A DNA stretch of 64,000 nt. Origin: Trichosphaerium sp. ATCC 40318. Lineage: Eukaryota > Protista > Tubulinea. The notes under the pieces were generated by a model. It worked only from the letters and a program-made list of their open reading frames with translations. It was not told the DNA's origin and did no database searches. The position numbers and the translations under genes are program-made. The stretch spans positions 1 through 64,000 of the forward strand of contig JALMLS010000179.1 in the NCBI GenBank assembly GCA_038496445.1, given 5' to 3'. The first letter of the stretch is position 1. Each line of letters begins with the position of its first letter. Below, one piece after another: positions 61,195-64,000 of this stretch.

Positions 61195-61872
61195 TTAGGA
61201 TTTCGTTTTTTCTAACAAGTACAATTGGTACAACCAACATTTCGTTAAGGGATGATTCATAAGCCAACCGTTACCAAGATCTCTACCAAAAGTATTCTCA
61301 TGTTCTTTGGCACGTGATATTTCTTCCTCAAAGTCACTCTCAATGGTTATTTTTCCTCCAATTGGCTTCCAAACAACGTCATCAGGCCAATGGTGATAAG
61401 ATACACCCTCTCCGGAAGCCATTTTTTTGATTTGTCTCATAACTGACCTGTGGTTTTGTTTTGACACTGTTGGCGCTAGCCAAGAGTCCAAACCATCTAT
61501 CCAGCTTGGTGTGGACGCTAACGACTCTCTTTGGGCTTTTGTTAGCGCTTGGATTGGTAATTTCTTCTTTCTTTTTTGTCTACGCCTTTTTAAGAGTGTT
61601 TTCTTTGGTTTTGAGACAGTTATAGCCTCTGCACCAAAGGTGTCAATTTTTTCACCCGAATACTTTGGTGTTTCGCCTTGAATACGTGGACTACGCCGAA
61701 CCTTGCGCGTCCCAGGTGATCTAGCGTACTTTCTTCTTGGTTTAGTAGTTTTCTTCGCGTTTGCTGCTGCTAGTGCTGCTTTCGCTTTATTTAAACCTAA
61801 CTTTTCTAAAGACTGCCTGTTTCGCTCAATATTTTTCAATCGTTGTTGTTCATATGTGGTTAGGTTTGACAT
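61195..61872 (-). CDS. Hypothetical basic (nuclear-like) intronless protein, 225 aa
   Basis: YEQQRLKNIERNRQSLEKLGL helix, seen in several chromatin proteins, and an RRSPR motif. Confidence 0.7.
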   Translation of the reverse strand: MSNLTTYEQQRLKNIERNRQSLEKLGLNKAKAALAAANAKKTTKPRRKYARSPGTRKVRRSPRIQGETPKYSGEKIDTFGAEAITVSKPKKTLLKRRRQKRKKKLPIQALTKAQRESLASTPSWIDGLDSWLAPTVSKQNHRSVMRQIKKMASGEGVSYHHWPDDVVWKPIGGKITIESDFEEEISRAKEHENTFGRDLGNGWLMNHPLTKCWLYQLYLLEKTKS

Positions 61873-62228
61873 GTTTCATATCGGCTCTACACACAAGCTT
61901 TTATACTTTATATCGGTTACCGTTTTGGCGGCTGAAAAGTTTTGAACTTTTTTTAGATCTGAGTAAGAGAAGCTGGCAGCTGTGATAGTGAAACACTACG
62001 CAGTGACAATACCTCAGAGTGATTTCGAACAATGGTTATAGCATACAAGTGATGGTTGTGTAGACATCTGTCATCGCAAATTCTGACACCTTACCGAGAA
62101 CTACCATCGGAAGGAGTGCTATTTAACGTACTACAGAGCAAGCCTACCTGAACAGGAATTGAAGAGAAGTTGATCAAATTTCGGAAAATAACAGACTTTA
62201 ATTCAACCCTTTAAAGTACTCTCACAAC

Positions 62229-64000
62229 ATGGCAGAAAGCTCAGGGAGTGAAACGCATACCGCCGGTAACAGTAGTAAAGCCTTTAAACCCAAAAAACAC
62301 GTATTGGATGAAAACGTCCTAAAAGCGTTCGTTGAGCAAGAGAAAGTGCGTTTGTAGGAGTGAATTAGTTGACTTACACAAAAACAAGCCTATTCTTGAA
62401 CAAGACGCTATAGCTCTCGCTAGGAAGTACGTCAAAAGGATTGAAACCAATAATAAAGGTAAAAAGATCGCAAACAATCTTTAAACTTACGTCGTTAACG
62501 GTAGAGTTTGAATCTCCGAACATACTTATCATTGGTAAACGCAATCTAGGCAAAAGAAGTATGTAATTCCGTTACTCTTAAAACCGCTCTACAGAAAATA
62601 ACGTCCTTCTTTAGCGTTAATGAATACTCTATTCCACTCCAATATATGCAAAACATTAAAAGGAAGCCAACAATTCACGTATGTGGTATTTCTAACACTT
62701 AAAATAACGAATTACTGTAAATTACTTATAAGATGGTTTATAACGTTATTCTTGCATTGTTGACGCCATAAACGTTATTTTAGGCTACTTAAAGCACTAT
62801 TTTTAATTTCTTTCATTAGACGTTACGATTTGGCCACATCTAATGTCCAGGTGTATGAATTCGACCTTGTGGGAGAACCTCAGTATCTTTATGATCTATT
62901 GAGTGACTTTTTGGAGCAACACTCAAGCGTACAATCACCGGTTAGATAGATTAGATTTTTTTTGAAAAAGCTTCTATTTGTTGACCTAAGAAAAAAGTAA
63001 CACTTGCGCTAGGGCGCCCAATCTAAGGCTATACATGTTGTCTGGTTTGTTGTTGATGCAAAGCAAGGTAAACTAGATGCAACAGAGAAGATAGTAATGG
63101 AGGTACAAGAGATGAAAAAAAAATAAGAAAAATGCGTTTTTTATTTTTAAATCCGTGTGTGTTTGTTTATTTTTTGTTTAGTCAGTACTGGATGATTTAC
63201 CAATGCTTGTACTATTTAACAAGAGTGATACTACAACGCAGAAACAACGGTAAGCAGTTTTCTACGAGTGTCAAATATTTTCTTTTCCAGTTTTTTTTTT
63301 TCGTCTTCACGTTGTCGTTTATCTGTTAGGTTATACTGATAGTCTCTATAGGGATCATCTTAAAAAAGTAGTAGATGATATGAACTTACATAACTTGGTT
63401 GGAACGTACAATACAGTATCTAAGAGGACGCATGGAAAACAGTTTTTCCATGATTTGCATAAAGTCGTTGATGATACTCTTGAACTTCTTCCTCATGTAG
63501 CTAAAGAGGCATTCATCGCAAGTCAGAGTATATCATTACACAGAAAAGAGTGTCTAGCAAAACAAGCTTTGATAACGAGTTACAAAGAATACAAGCATGC
63601 TAAAACAACATCGAAAATGACCGATCTTCTAAAAGCAATGATGGCCAGATTATCTCTTATTTGGGGGTTTCCACTCCAAGCTACATCATGGGAAAGTTTT
63701 TGTACGTATACTTTAATGTTATTAAGAGGTATTCAAACTAATACTTGTATCTTTAGCTAAGGTTGTAACGCACTGTATATCTATTAAAGAAAAAATTAAA
63801 TGGCTGATTAAAACATCTGAACGCGAGCCTGAACGTGTTCATCATCAAAAGATATTCTGTATAGCTTCAGGTGTACTTTGGAATAGGCTACTCCGTAGTT
63901 TATCTATGGAGATCCTTTATGACCTTATACATGATGGTATGAATGAGAAACATATCAAGGAAGAATTTGAGAAGGACTTTAAAACACTTGAAAATGAAAT
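62229..64000 (+). CDS. P-loop GTPase-like protein (partial; runs off the window)
   Basis: NILIIGKRNLGK, IHVVWFVVDA, LVLFNKSD. Confidence 0.5.

Overview
Compact, AT-rich, intron-rich eukaryotic genomic DNA; the divergent tubulins suggest an amoeboid protist (inference). Protein genes: an IPT-ankyrin-discoidin protein, a DUF4870-like membrane protein, eRF3, a secreted VanX-type D-Ala-D-Ala dipeptidase, a PPR-like protein, a degenerate Ras, LCMT1, a DUF3179 fusion, a 22.7-kb midasin (MDN1/Rea1), an F-box/MORN gene with relics, two very different beta-type tubulins, a GH39 glycosidase, a FYVE-like/IPT protein and several hypotheticals. The main signal is that midasin introns hold about 23 snoRNA-like loci (about 15 distinct RNAs), essentially one per intron. 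These include recognisable U24-, U35-, U21- and U30-type guides, three 2-copy families, and an 84-nt element in SIX near-identical copies. The six-copy element is antisense to the LSU rRNA P-loop but has non-canonical boxes. A further GC-rich structured RNA candidate lies at about 56.7-57.1 kb. All rRNA target calls use remembered conserved eukaryotic rRNA motifs, because this organism's rRNA is not in the window.
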